From Candidatus Bathyarchaeota archaeon (GTDB lineage Archaea > Thermoproteota > Bathyarchaeia > Bathyarchaeales > Bathycorpusculaceae), in NCBI GenBank assembly GCA_963806535.1, contig CAWDYC010000008.1, forward strand, positions 1-64,000: a stretch of 64,000 nt of DNA, read 5' to 3'. The stretch's first letter is position 1. Each line of letters begins with the position of its first letter. Positions 1 to 10,936 of this stretch are shown in pieces. Under the pieces are notes generated by a model, which ran no database searches, was not told the DNA's origin, and saw only the letters and a program-made list of their open reading frames with translations. The translations under genes were made by a program, and so were the position numbers.

Positions 1-458
1 TTAGGGTTAGGAATTGCCATTAGAATCCTTTCATTATTTAGAGAAAGAAAACCCCGCTATCCATGGGAACGTCATCGTTAAATTCTGCCAAAAAAATTTG
101 TTTCTAAACTATATTCTAGATCACAAAAAGAAAAACTCATATTTTATTTAAATATCATAAATATAATATAAAAAGTCTTTATCTAGTCTAGTAGTAGGTA
201 GTTGCTGAAAAATTTGTTTTGATCTTTAACTTTTGAAGGCTGTTCAGTTATTCCGAAACTGAAATTTGTAGCGTTTTTTCCTGTGCACCCGCTAAGTGAG
301 CTGTCCCGCCCTGAACAAAAGAACATTTCTCCCCCGGTTTACTCCTTCAGAAACTTTTTGCTGCAGTTCTGCAGCTGGCAGCGTTAAGATTCTGCTGGAA
401 AAGAAGAACGGAGAAGCCGGCTATTGCTTTTTATAGTTACAGGTTCTAAGAAAGTAAG

Positions 459-1449
459 ATGAGGCAGTGGAAATTGGATCAATCAATAATTTCCAGGCTT
501 GTTAACATAAAAGCTATTTATGACCATTCATTAAGGTTGTTGGAAAATCCAACTCCTTTGGAAGGAGCTCTAGCTTTAGTTCTAATGGATAATTCGCTTG
601 AAGCAATGCTTAAGCTGGTTTTGGACGAAGTCAATGAAAACCCAAAAAAAGACCCCAGTTTTCCTGTGCTGCTTGAAAAGGTTCTGCAAACTGAGCAGTT
701 AAAGGACTTAAAAAGCTACCAGATTTCTTTAATGGGTCTTCGTGCAGCAAGAAACGGTTTTCAACATCAGGGAATCGTTCCCGACCTCAATTCTGTTTTA
801 AATCAATTCAAGCCCATTACCGAAACGTTTCTTCAAGCAGTGTCAAAACAAAAAATGGGAATTGAGTGGACCAACGTCTCTTTATCCCTTTTGATAAGAA
901 ACGAGGAAATCGCTGCCATCATCAAGAAGTCGGAGCAGGAATTTTCAATCTGCAATTATGTGGCTGCTGCAGCCTATTTGATCTCCGCTTTTGAATTGAC
1001 AAAAGCGGTTGCCACGCTCTACATTTTTGGTTCTGGCCTTTCCACTGCAAGAGAGGGCTTGAAAAAGTACCGCAAAGACGACCCACTCGTCAAATATGTA
1101 ACGACTTTGGACGAGGAAATTGAAACGTTTAAGCTGGGACTCAACTACAAAGATTTCAGGTACTATCTTGATGTGGCGCAGTATGCTGGAGTAAAGAGCA
1201 TTCTTGATGACCTTCCGAGCTCCAATGAAGACGAAGCAGTTAAAGAAATAATGAAAAAAACTAGACTCAGCTCCATTACTAACTAACGATTTGCTGAAGG
1301 AATGGTGTATTTGCGTTAATGACTTCATCCTCAAGTTTATATTGCGAACAGAATCCAATCCACGAATTACAGTAACACTCTTCCAGCAATTAATGAAAGG
1401 TGTAACCGACGCCTTAAGCAAGATTTCAAAGGCTCCAAAATCAAACTAA
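459..1449 (+). CDS. HEPN-motif protein (putative RNase/defence effector), frameshifted near 1260
   Basis: Helical protein with DNSLE..L and R-N-G-F-Q-H (Rx4H) motifs. Removing one A from the run at 1254-1260 extends the frame (KLDSAPLLTNDLLKEWC...) to TAA at 1449. Confidence 0.6.
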
Positions 1450-1581
1450 TTTTTGCCTTATTAGGCAATAGAAACAAGCTTTTAAGCCAATTAGCCAATT
1501 CTTGAAGATTTTTTATCTCTACTGACACTATAAATAGTATTATGAGCTTTTGTTCGAGAGCAGCAAGAATTTTCTTTAAAT

Positions 1582-1779
1582 TTGGAGCGAGCTGCAAAGA
1601 ACATGATAGTTCCTTATGTCAAGCCGAAGCATGATTATTGCATAGGCTGCAAAATAAAGCAGACCTGCGATGGCAACAACCCTCTATGTAAAGAGCATCC
1701 ACCTAAAAGTAAGGGTTCAACTCCGACTTATGCGGAATTGGCAGAATTAGAAAAAAAACGTGACAGAGACGAAAAGTAA
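1582..1779 (+). CDS. Small Cys-rich hypothetical protein
   Basis: CIGC-x5-C-x6-C pattern; the true start may be the downstream ATG (MIVPY...). Confidence 0.4.
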   Translation: MERAAKNMIVPYVKPKHDYCIGCKIKQTCDGNNPLCKEHPPKSKGSTPTYAELAELEKKRDRDEK

Positions 1780-1973
1780 ATGCTTAAAGAGACTTAGGAA
1801 GTTGGAAATGCAACTTTACGTTTGTCAAGCTCAATTAGTTGAGCACTCTTTTAGATATCTAATCAAATTCTGGGATTCTAACTTTGACAGGAAAATAAAA
1901 ACGCTGATATTTTTATGATTCAACTTTGTGTAACCTGCGACAGCTGACGTCTGGTCAACCTTTTTCACAGTTT

Positions 1974-2529
1974 CTAATTTGCTTTTTGACTAAGATTTGC
2001 TCCGCACTCAGAACAAAACTTCATATCGGCGGCAACTCTTTTATTACACTTTGGACAAATAAGCAAGATCTTTTCTTGAGCGCCTGCCCTTGTCGATAAT
2101 TCACTTTTTACTTGCCGAACACCCAACCCGCATTCTGGACAAAACTTCACGTTTTGAGACATTCGGTAATTGCAATTTGGGCAGATAATCAGAATATTGT
2201 CATCAAGATTTAACGGAGCTACCGAATTTGCTTCAGATGAAGCAGCAGCTATTGGTTCATTGTACCGATATCGTCGAATAGGTGCAGCGATAGGTGGGGA
2301 AGCAACGGCCCCATAGATACAAATGACCAAGCCGATAAGTGCAAAAATACCGCCGCCTAACGCCATAAAAGAGAATTGTTGGGCTTGAGCTGGCATCTTG
2401 AGGCGAAGTTGCCTGTGCTATCTGACCTATTGAAGTGCTGTATTGTTGCATGCCCCAGTAACCTATTCCGAATACTACAAATCCGATTATTAGAAGAACT
2501 GCTCCTCCAGCCAATATACCAGCTTTCAC
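1974..2529 (-). CDS. Membrane protein with two double-zinc-ribbon (DZR) domains, frameshifted near 2395
   Basis: ORFs 2257..2529 and 1974..2396 join into two TM helices plus CPNC..FCPECG and CPKC..FCSECG. Confidence 0.75.
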
Positions 2530-2546
2530 TTTTTCTCTTCCTCAAT

Positions 2547-3074
2547 CTATGTTTTGGTTGATTTTATTCTAAGGTCAGCCCCACATTCAGGACAAAATTT
2601 TGAATCAGCGGAAATTTTACTCTTACACTTCGGGCAGATTGCCAATGTCTTGTTAGAGTTGGTTAAATGCGCTGGCAACATCGAATCGATGTTGACCGCG
2701 TGCTCTCTCAAAGTGTATATGTTATTGGCGGCTTCTTCCACAATGTTCATCTGCGAACGTTGGTTGATAAAGAATCGAAAAGCGGGACTCTGCATGTACC
2801 CTGAAACGTCTTCAAAATCTATGAAAAGTATTTTTTGACCGCCCATCATCTGAATGCCGCCTGTTGCGACGATTCGTGTTCCCTTCACTTTACTCAGAGG
2901 AATTTCCATGTTTACTTGAGGCGATTTAAAGGAAATGTGGTTCTCTGGTTCTCCAGACAAGTTCAAAATACCGCTTACTTCCTCGCCGAATACCACGTGT
3001 TTCATGTGGCCGCCGCAATATTTGACGTTATACGTCCAAGATTCTTGTTCCGCTTTTTTGTCTGAGTTTGCCAT
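2547..3074 (-). CDS. Beta-rich (PH-like?) protein with C-terminal zinc ribbon
   Basis: CPKC-x9-FCPECG at the C-terminus; co-oriented with the DZR gene. Confidence 0.7.
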   Translation of the reverse strand: MANSDKKAEQESWTYNVKYCGGHMKHVVFGEEVSGILNLSGEPENHISFKSPQVNMEIPLSKVKGTRIVATGGIQMMGGQKILFIDFEDVSGYMQSPAFRFFINQRSQMNIVEEAANNIYTLREHAVNIDSMLPAHLTNSNKTLAICPKCKSKISADSKFCPECGADLRIKSTKT

Positions 3075-3240
3075 TTCAGTTTGACCTTTAGCTTGTACAC
3101 CGTTGTAATAGTGTTGGGGGTCATACAGCTTTTAAGTTTTGCCACCCTATTGAGAATCTGCGGAATTGAAGCCTCTTTTCTCAGTGGATCAACAAATAGT
3201 GTTTTATATTCTCTATTCAAAACAATCAAGGCAGCAGCTC

Positions 3241-4473
3241 TTACAGATTCAACTCTCCTTTCCTGAACTTATCCAGTAGTTTCCGGGCAAGCGCGATTTC
3301 TTCATTGGTCAACTCTTTCTCTTGTTTCTGTCTGAAAGCGGCAAAATCCAAAGTCTCAAGCGCCTGTGCCTTCCTGAATGTCTCCTGCCAAATTGGGACC
3401 ATCTGCATAACATAACTCAACTTGTATCCGCAATCATGGCCCAAATATAAGTCGCAGAGTCTCTCGTTGATGCCACAACTGCCAAGGATGCTGCTTGTGT
3501 ACGCTCGCATATCGTGGGGCTTCATATAGAACCCGCTGCGGCCAGCTGCAGTCCTGAAAAGCTGATAAATCGTGTGGCGAACTACTGGCGACACATATTG
3601 GATCCCAGGTACTCCCCAGGGTCCAACTTTGCTCCTGGTATATTGATGCGTGAAAATGTATTCTTCCTTCCTTAGAGGTCGCTTCAATACTTTTTCTTCT
3701 ATATTCCGTATCATGTTGAGCTCCATCGCTAAGGTGTGTGTTAAGAAACTGACCTGCCTCAGGTCTTCCCGGTAATATTCGCTTTCATGTCCTTTTTCTG
3801 GCTTGATCACGAATGGACTGTAGCGTTCTATTTTGGGGAAAGTAAGTATGTTCTGCCATTTGGGAAAAAAGTCTTCACCGCATGTCGGGCAAATTTGAAA
3901 TTGACCGTCCCTTACCGGAACTGAGAGGAAAAAGTCAAAATAGAGCTTACTGTGAAAAGTGAATCCTTCTCGGAACATTGTTAATTGATCTACGGATGGA
4001 GCTTCCTTTATTTTTGGCTTGTAAGTATACTTCACTTTAACTAGAGGGGTTCTGCTGTTTGAGAAATAGCTTTTGACAGTAGTGACAACACTGCTGATCA
4101 CGCTGCGTGGCATCTTCTGTTCTTTTGCCATGTCTCGCCAGGCTTCTAACAGCTTCTCTGCAGGGTAGAATCTGAGGTTTTGATTTTGGCTAAGTTTCAG
4201 ATCCAAAAGCTCTGTTGGGTTCAATTGGACACATTTCAGGAAATACCCGATGTTTCGTTTGTATATGTTTTGACTAGTAGCAACGACGTTGCCAAGCCAA
4301 CCCTTGATATCTGAATTAAGAGCTAACTTCTTCAAGTATTCATCGGTTACTGCTCCCTTCCTCTCTAGTATCCGTACTCGACCCAGTATTTTTTCGAAAG
4401 TGGCTTTGTCAACGTTTATGTAGCTAATGCGCGAAAAAGCGTCGCTTTCGCTAAAATCCGAGTTTTCCTTCAA
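3241..4473 (-). CDS. Tyrosine recombinase/integrase
   Basis: Catalytic residues in the expected order: R (VPVRDG), K (PEKG), HxxR (PHDMR), LGH, Y (LSY). The N-terminal region is helical (core-binding-like). Confidence 0.85.
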   Translation of the reverse strand: MKENSDFSESDAFSRISYINVDKATFEKILGRVRILERKGAVTDEYLKKLALNSDIKGWLGNVVATSQNIYKRNIGYFLKCVQLNPTELLDLKLSQNQNLRFYPAEKLLEAWRDMAKEQKMPRSVISSVVTTVKSYFSNSRTPLVKVKYTYKPKIKEAPSVDQLTMFREGFTFHSKLYFDFFLSVPVRDGQFQICPTCGEDFFPKWQNILTFPKIERYSPFVIKPEKGHESEYYREDLRQVSFLTHTLAMELNMIRNIEEKVLKRPLRKEEYIFTHQYTRSKVGPWGVPGIQYVSPVVRHTIYQLFRTAAGRSGFYMKPHDMRAYTSSILGSCGINERLCDLYLGHDCGYKLSYVMQMVPIWQETFRKAQALETLDFAAFRQKQEKELTNEEIALARKLLDKFRKGELNL

Positions 4474-4582
4474 CTAGGACACTCTCCTTCAAAAGCAAAG
4501 GCGCTAAAAAAAGAAAAAGGGATATTATGCGGGAGATGCAAGTTGGAGATATGTCTAAAAGGCTTTCGGAAGATAACTGTAA

Positions 4583-4789
4583 ATGAAGCCTACGCTGATT
4601 GTAAAATGCACAAAATGCGGCGGTTTAATGTTAATAGCTAAGGGACAAAAAACAAAAATTTGTCCATACTGCGGCACACAAGTAAATCTGCTAAAAGTAC
4701 AAAAAGTGGCTTCTGCAGCCAATGCTCTTGAAGCCTCCGAAATGCTCCGCAAACTAAAAAGCGAACAAGGATTTAGCCCCAAACTTTAA
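4583..4789 (+). CDS. DUF1922-like zinc-ribbon protein
   Basis: CTKC...KTKICPYCG in a 68-aa archaeal-type protein. Confidence 0.75.
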   Translation: MKPTLIVKCTKCGGLMLIAKGQKTKICPYCGTQVNLLKVQKVASAANALEASEMLRKLKSEQGFSPKL

Positions 4790-5730
4790 CGTACGTGCCT
4801 TAGCATTTCGCAGCATTTGCACAAGTCCAGCGCCGAAGGTTCGCCGCACTCCGTGCATGTTCTAAATTTTTCTTTTTTAGCTGTTTCCTCTAAAGCAGGT
4901 CGTAAGCGCTCTATTGCTTTGAAAACTGTAAATTTTGTTCCCGCATGTTTTGATTCCATAAGGTTGATCATGCCACGTATGTCATTGCGCAAAGCTTCTG
5001 AAGCGTATGGGCATGGGGTATCTTGGAACTTTATTTTTTTGACGTAAGCATAGAGGGCGCTTTCTTTTTCGGGGATTTCGCAGAAAGGCTTAATCTTTTG
5101 GACTAGAAGCGGATGAACCTCGCTGGTTACGGGTTTTTCCTTAGCCAAACGCATTATATCTCCATGGAAAATATTCATAAGAACTGTTTGAACCTCGTCG
5201 TCTAAGGTGTGGGCTGTTGCAACTTTGTTAGCTTGGACCTGCCTTGCTCCAGCGTTTATGGCTTTTCGACGCAAAACTCCGCAGTAAGCACAAGCTGTTA
5301 ACTCTGTTTCGCCCTTGCTACGTACTCTAGAAACTATTTCGTCCAAAGTGAAACCGTAGAGTTCCTTGAACGAGACAATGTGATGTGGAATTTCAAGTTC
5401 TTTGCAGTTGGCAGCCGCAATTTCTAATGCTTCATTCCTGTAACCATCTATGCCCTCGTCTACGGTCACGGCAGTAAATGTGGTTTTTGGGCGAAACCGT
5501 TTCAACTTCGCCAAAATATGCAATAGACTTAGGCTGTCTTTGCCTCCTGAAACAGCTATCGCCAAGTGGTCATTAAAGCGGAGCATATGATAACGGCTTA
5601 TTGTTGCTCTAACTTTGTCTTCCATAGATTGGGCGAAGCATTTTTTGCATAGTTTTTCACCAGAGTATTCTCTGCTAAAAAACGGTTCATTGCGTTTGCA
5701 AGAGGTACATAACGGAAGACGTTTTAGTCA
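4786..5730 (-). CDS. tRNA 2-thiolation protein TtuA/Ncs6 family (TIGR00269-like)
   Basis: PP-loop SGGKDS, CAYC, HTLDD, CPY and a C-terminal Zn finger. The N-terminal CTSC...CKKC finger lies upstream of the listed ORF, with a frameshift near the start. Confidence 0.9.
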
Positions 5731-5910
5731 AGATTTTCAGCTAAAAGGTTAGATTCTAAATGGTTAAAAGAGTTTTTGATGTTCTTTTATTCTTTTCAGC
5801 GTTAAGGAGCGTCTTTGAATCAATTTATAATCAATGGGAAATTACGATAAATATTAATCATCGCAGAAAGATTACTAAGTAATTAATTAATTTAGAGTTA
5901 GAATCCATGT

Positions 5911-6656
5911 TTGAATTTCACCCCACACTTGCAGTTAACTTTCTTAAGCGATAAACTGAAGTTGTACAATTTCAGGGCACGAATATCTTCGTCTATTCTC
6001 TACAACAAGTCGAAAAACTGCAAAGATCCAGATGAATATTTAGATTTAGCTAACAAAATTTTCCAAAATATTCCTTTAAAATATGTAGGTTGGTCTATTC
6101 GACCTGGCCAAGTTACGGAAGAAATTCAAGGACTTACTTTCAATAGTCCAGAAATTGAAGGTCAGCACAATGCTTGAAATTGGCACGTGGAATGGAGGCA
6201 CTCTTTTTCTGTTCGCAAGAATGGCAAATTCAAACGCCAAAATCATTAGTTTAGACATGCCAGGTGGAGAGTTCGGTGGAGGATACGAGAAATTTAAAAT
6301 GCCTTTTTTCACAAACTTCGCTCAAGAAAATCAAAAAATATATCTGATCAGAGCAAGCTCACATTTAGCTTCGAGTTTACTCAAGGTTGAAAGCATTTTA
6401 GAAGGCAGAAAAACTGGATTTTCTTTTTATTGACGGCGACCACAGATATAACGGAGTTAAGAAGGACTTTGAAATGTATAGTCCACTTGTACGCAAGGGT
6501 GGTCTGATTGCTTTTCATGACATCCTTAAAAACCCGATAGAAACGAGATGTGAAGTCTACTTATTCTGGAACGAAATTAAGAAGTCGTATAATTATCAAG
6601 AGATAGTTAATGATCCACATCAAAATTGGGCAGGTATTGGCTTAATTCATACTTAG
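5911..6656 (+). CDS. Class I SAM methyltransferase (Methyltransf_24-like), two frameshifts
   Basis: LEIGTWNGG, IDGDH and GGLIAFHDI motifs spread over three ORF fragments. Confidence 0.8.
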
Positions 6657-6733
6657 TGATTCTACAAAATAGTTATCCAATATTTTATGAAAAGTTGATT
6701 AATACAATCCATCAAAATTAAGTATTGATAACG

Positions 6734-7439
6734 ATGGCGGTTAAACCAAGCAAAAACTCAAGCTTCACAGAAGTAACTTATATTAGCAGAACGTTGGAGG
6801 CAACTATCTGATTACCGTGAAAAAGCCGTTGAAATAATAAGCGCTTTAGAAAAATTTCACCTATTTGCAGTAACTCATGGAAGCATTGCTAGAGGCGACG
6901 TTACCAAAAAAAGTGACGTTGACGTTTTCATTCCTGAAACACAAAACAGTTTTCTTGTAGAAACAGCTTTAGAAAAAGCCGGCATAAAAATTAATACTCG
7001 CCTAATAGTTCAAGCCACACCAAACTACGCTATGAAAGCCCACATTGAAATCGACGAGCAAACAACGATTTCTTTTCCGCTTATGCAGATGCGAAGAGTT
7101 GAGAGGGAATTTTATCGATTCGGCGGAGAAGTAAACCTCAGCCAACTTAAAGCAGACAATAGAGTACCAGGTGTGGACAAACGATTAATGCTTATTGAAC
7201 CAACAGAAAAAGGACATACTGAAAGCAGCGTCATCGGCAGAGAAGAATCTGCAGCCAAAATCCTCGGTATTTCTACAGAAACCGTTTTGGATCGGGTTCA
7301 CGCTCTCATGAAACGTGACTCTGTGGGTAGAACGGGAGTTTTCGTTAAAAAAGAGTTGACTCCGGAAGAGACTTTTGAATTGGCACTTAAAAAACTGTCA
7401 GAAATCAATCCTGCTGTTCGTAGAAGAATGAAAAAATAG
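6734..7439 (+). CDS. Archaeal nucleotidyltransferase-domain protein (COG2413-like), frameshifted near the start
   Basis: HGSIARGDV..SDVDVF in frame upstream of ORF 7032; RVPGVDKRL and GRTGVF motifs. Confidence 0.8.
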
Positions 7440-7441
7440 GT

Positions 7442-8008
7442 TTAAGGGGCGGGGTAGTAGATAAGTTCTTTTTCTTCAAGTAACGCCTGAATTTTGTCGA
7501 CTGCTTCGTAAACCTGTTCTTCTTTTTTAGCGCCAACGCAAACGAGTTTTCCAGCTGAGAAGATTAGAAACACAACTTTAGGTTCCGCCATTCGGAATAC
7601 TGCGCCTGGGAACTGTTCCGGCTCATACATGACTTTGTCAAGCTTATAGACTAAGCTTTCAAGGTCAATTTCTCCGCCGAGTTCAGCTGATGCAACAATG
7701 TTTTGGATCATTACGACTGGTTTTTCTGTAATTTGGATTCCTTCGCCTCGAAGTTCTTTAACAACTTTTTCTACTGCACTTCGAGATTCTTTCTCGGATT
7801 TAGCTCCGGTGCAAACCATTTTACCAGTGCCGAAAATTAGAGTGGCTGTTTTAGGTTTTTTTAATCTGAAAACTAAGCCTGGAAATACGCTTGGGTTGTA
7901 TTCTGTTTGAGGGAATTTTTCAACGATTTTTTGCAGGTCAATTTTTTGATTAAGTGATACAGATGCTACTATGTTTTGTATATTTATGATCGGTTTTCTT
8001 TTGCTCAT
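7442..8008 (-). CDS. tbp: TATA-binding protein
   Basis: Duplicated NIVAS...YNP/YEP..FPG...LIF..GK.VC.GAK repeats. Confidence 0.97.
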   Translation of the reverse strand: MSKRKPIINIQNIVASVSLNQKIDLQKIVEKFPQTEYNPSVFPGLVFRLKKPKTATLIFGTGKMVCTGAKSEKESRSAVEKVVKELRGEGIQITEKPVVMIQNIVASAELGGEIDLESLVYKLDKVMYEPEQFPGAVFRMAEPKVVFLIFSAGKLVCVGAKKEEQVYEAVDKIQALLEEKELIYYPAP

Positions 8009-8138
8009 GTCAACTCACACGCAAGACTATTTAAGTAATAGAGGGGTATATAACGTCATCTATTTATAAACCCTATATAAATGGCGTTTATCCATAGATT
8101 TAAGCATTCTGTTCTGTAATACACAGCTTCTTAAGAGT

Positions 8139-9221
8139 TCAACTGTTTCCGCCTACGGTTAAGCGATTCAATGTTCGATTTTTTCGATGGCGTTTGTACA
8201 ATAATAAAGAGACAGCGACAATGAAAACTGGGACAACTGTGAGAGCTAATATTAGGACAAAAGGAGAAATAACGTCGGGCTTAGCTAACTCTAAAGATTC
8301 TAATGGAGGGGGCGTTGAGTTTAGCGTGCGTATTGTAACATCCAAATGATAAGGGGTTGTTAGCGGATAGTAGTCAGTAATACTCCCGCCAATACAATAA
8401 CGGGTATCGTATATGCCAGTGTTGCCTATCGGTTTTGCATTTGGGTTTTTAATGGAATAGTCGCTCCAGTAGTTACCAACAGAACCATTGTCGAACCTGT
8501 TCTTGGAAAGATTTTGAGGATCTGTATACATCATTGGCCTAATTTTGCTCATAAAATTGTTCAGGAAAACAACGTTTGATTCCATTTTTGACCCGTACAT
8601 GCAAATGTCGCACGTCGTGTTGTCTCCTTCTAAGAGGTAGAAAGTATTTCCCTTAATGGTGGTGAAGTTTGTACCCCACAGGTCTACGTTTGTAGAATAC
8701 AAAATGTTATCTGATATGATATTGTAATTACCGTGCAGACTAACAAGCCCACGAGTGATGTTATTTTCTGTTACAGCGTTGTTGTTGCCTGCTACATCAA
8801 TTTCAGTAATGTTGGAATGTATTTGCGTAACAGTGTTATAAGAACCGCTAATGCTGATTGATGTAGAAAAGCCTTCTACGTTAACATTTGTTATGTCGAC
8901 TTGGTTGGCTTCCACTTTTATGCCTGTACTCGAGGAGTGTAGGTTACCTGTTATCCAGTAGTCCGAGCCGTTAAAGACGATATTACTGCATTGAATATCT
9001 AAGTAACAATTGTTGAGGTCCCCAGTTAACGTGTATACTTTTCCATTTACGGCAATGGGAACAGAATTTAACTTGCTTTGAATGCTTCCATTGCTTGAAA
9101 TAGTGATGACTGTCGCCACATCGGACAATGGTATTTTTGAAACATAACCAAGATGAATTATAGACACTAAAATGAGCAATGTAGTCACAACGGAAATCGC
9201 TGCCACTACCACTTTTCTCAT
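8139..9221 (-). CDS. NosD/pectin-lyase-like beta-helix surface protein with C-terminal TM anchor
   Basis: Signal peptide, YTLTGDL, Asn/Ile-rich repeats, GNYWSDY...GIYDT, TM helix plus KRHRK. Confidence 0.8.
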   Translation of the reverse strand: MRKVVVAAISVVTTLLILVSIIHLGYVSKIPLSDVATVITISSNGSIQSKLNSVPIAVNGKVYTLTGDLNNCYLDIQCSNIVFNGSDYWITGNLHSSSTGIKVEANQVDITNVNVEGFSTSISISGSYNTVTQIHSNITEIDVAGNNNAVTENNITRGLVSLHGNYNIISDNILYSTNVDLWGTNFTTIKGNTFYLLEGDNTTCDICMYGSKMESNVVFLNNFMSKIRPMMYTDPQNLSKNRFDNGSVGNYWSDYSIKNPNAKPIGNTGIYDTRYCIGGSITDYYPLTTPYHLDVTIRTLNSTPPPLESLELAKPDVISPFVLILALTVVPVFIVAVSLLLYKRHRKNRTLNRLTVGGNS

Positions 9222-9303
9222 AATGACTCATACCGATAGTTTTCCCTAAAAGCTTATGCTAAAAACAAATGGGCCATTAATTTAACATTGATTCTTACCC
9301 GAG

Positions 9304-10395
9304 CTACTGTGCAGTTGTATCATGATATAGTGGGAACCGGAGCAGGGCTGCTATTCCGCCAAGAGCAACCAACTTTGACCCAGCTTCATGCTCTGTACTT
9401 AAAACAGACACATTTGCTCGCCGTTTCTCCACATCTCGCATAAGCCCTTCAAGTTTCAACCGCTGTTTCTCGTCAGCATCACGAAGAGCCGTATCAGCCA
9501 CCACCAATTTCTCAATAGCTCCCATGTTAGCGGCGTTTTCTACTGCGTCAAAGCCGTACGTTACTGTACCTTCGCCCTTGCCTAATCTTTTCATAACTTC
9601 TTCAATTATTTCTGTTTCCTCGACAATGCGCAGTTGATGCGATGCACGCAATAATACGCCCGAACGAAGTGCTTCGTAGATGCCTGATGTACCTCCATTG
9701 TTAACGCTTTTTACATCTGCAACAGATTTGGACATTTCTCGGGCTTCTTCAGCAAGATACTTAGCAAAATCGCCCTTGACAAAACCAGCACCTATTATCA
9801 CAATTGGACTGTGATTTTGACTCCAAAGCTGTTGGAGGCTGTTGACTGCCTTGCGAAAATATGCTTTTGTGCCTTCAACCCGTTTGTCTGCTTCATGTTT
9901 ACCTGGAAGTTTAGTGCGTTCTTCCACCTTGATTTCTACGCCATATTGTTTGGTCTCGGCTATAGCGAAGCCTTCATCGTCTATTGATATGATTAACATG
10001 GGTTTTTCGGTTTCGCTTGCCCGCTCAAGCCTATCTAAAATGTGCTGAGGCCATTTTTTCTTCACTATGGTTACGGGCTGATTCAACGCTATGCTAAGCG
10101 TGTGATGGGCACCGGTGGGTATAATGTCAGGTGCATGACAGATTAAACCGTGAACCCGAAGTTTGCCAAGAAATTTGTCCCAGCCAACTGAGATCACTTT
10201 GACACCCATGAAGGCTGAAACTCGTTCGCCACTTTTGGGACGCGATGCCTCTGTGTCAGTTTTTATGGCTCTTGAACTGTAAGCGTAGACCTCATCGCCA
10301 GCATAGATGATGTTGTATAGATGCCATAGGTCATCTGGCGAGTCAGGAACCACTTTGACGAAATCTTGCTCTATATTTTTCTGAACAATCTTCAC
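9304..10395 (-). CDS. pelA: mRNA surveillance protein Pelota
   Basis: DDLWHLYNII, LRVHG, GAHHTL and LGGIAALLRFP motifs. Confidence 0.95.
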   Translation of the reverse strand: MKIVQKNIEQDFVKVVPDSPDDLWHLYNIIYAGDEVYAYSSRAIKTDTEASRPKSGERVSAFMGVKVISVGWDKFLGKLRVHGLICHAPDIIPTGAHHTLSIALNQPVTIVKKKWPQHILDRLERASETEKPMLIISIDDEGFAIAETKQYGVEIKVEERTKLPGKHEADKRVEGTKAYFRKAVNSLQQLWSQNHSPIVIIGAGFVKGDFAKYLAEEAREMSKSVADVKSVNNGGTSGIYEALRSGVLLRASHQLRIVEETEIIEEVMKRLGKGEGTVTYGFDAVENAANMGAIEKLVVADTALRDADEKQRLKLEGLMRDVEKRRANVSVLSTEHEAGSKLVALGGIAALLRFPLYHDTTAQ

Positions 10396-10936
10396 TACTT
10401 ACACTTCTCTAAATAGTTGCGTCACCAAGAAATAAAAACATACCATATCAACACCTCAGAGCCTATAGATAATGCTACAATAATTCAATATAGAACTCCT
10501 TTGAAACCGCTTCTCTAAAATTACGTTTTTTCCGGGGTTTTCCGACTTGTCGTTACCCCATTCGCATCTGTTTGCTTCTGATTGCATTTGTTTCCGCCAC
10601 ACGCAAACGATTTAAACTTGACTTTTCCAAGCCTTTCGTTTAATATTTAGTCTATATGAATTAGCACAAACAATTGGAAGTCATTTTCCTAAGCAGCTAA
10701 TAAATTGGCAAAGTCGTGTTCTGGGCTGCAAACCCAATTATTGGTCTCCACGGAGAAAGCTATGCACTGTAACTCTTCTCTCCTAAAAATAATGTCGCTG
10801 AGAAAGACATTCGAATACATAATTGTAAACTTAGCTGTTTGGTGCAGCCCTAATCAAAGTAAACAAACCTTGACTAAGCCCAGTCAAGAAATTTTTACGA
10901 ATATCCTTTTATCGCAAACGCTTCCAAGGAGTAAGC

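Larger units (their letters stand above)
1..4500. mobile_element. Right part of a putative integrative element/genomic island (left end outside window; att not located)
   Basis: An integrase at the edge of a block of orphan, HEPN and zinc-ribbon genes abuts conserved housekeeping genes. Confidence 0.45.

Noticed and set aside
1829-1862. Short palindromes GCTCAA-ttag-TTGAGC and TTAGATATCTAA
   Set aside because: They are isolated, short and AT-rich between convergent genes, and are not repeated elsewhere.
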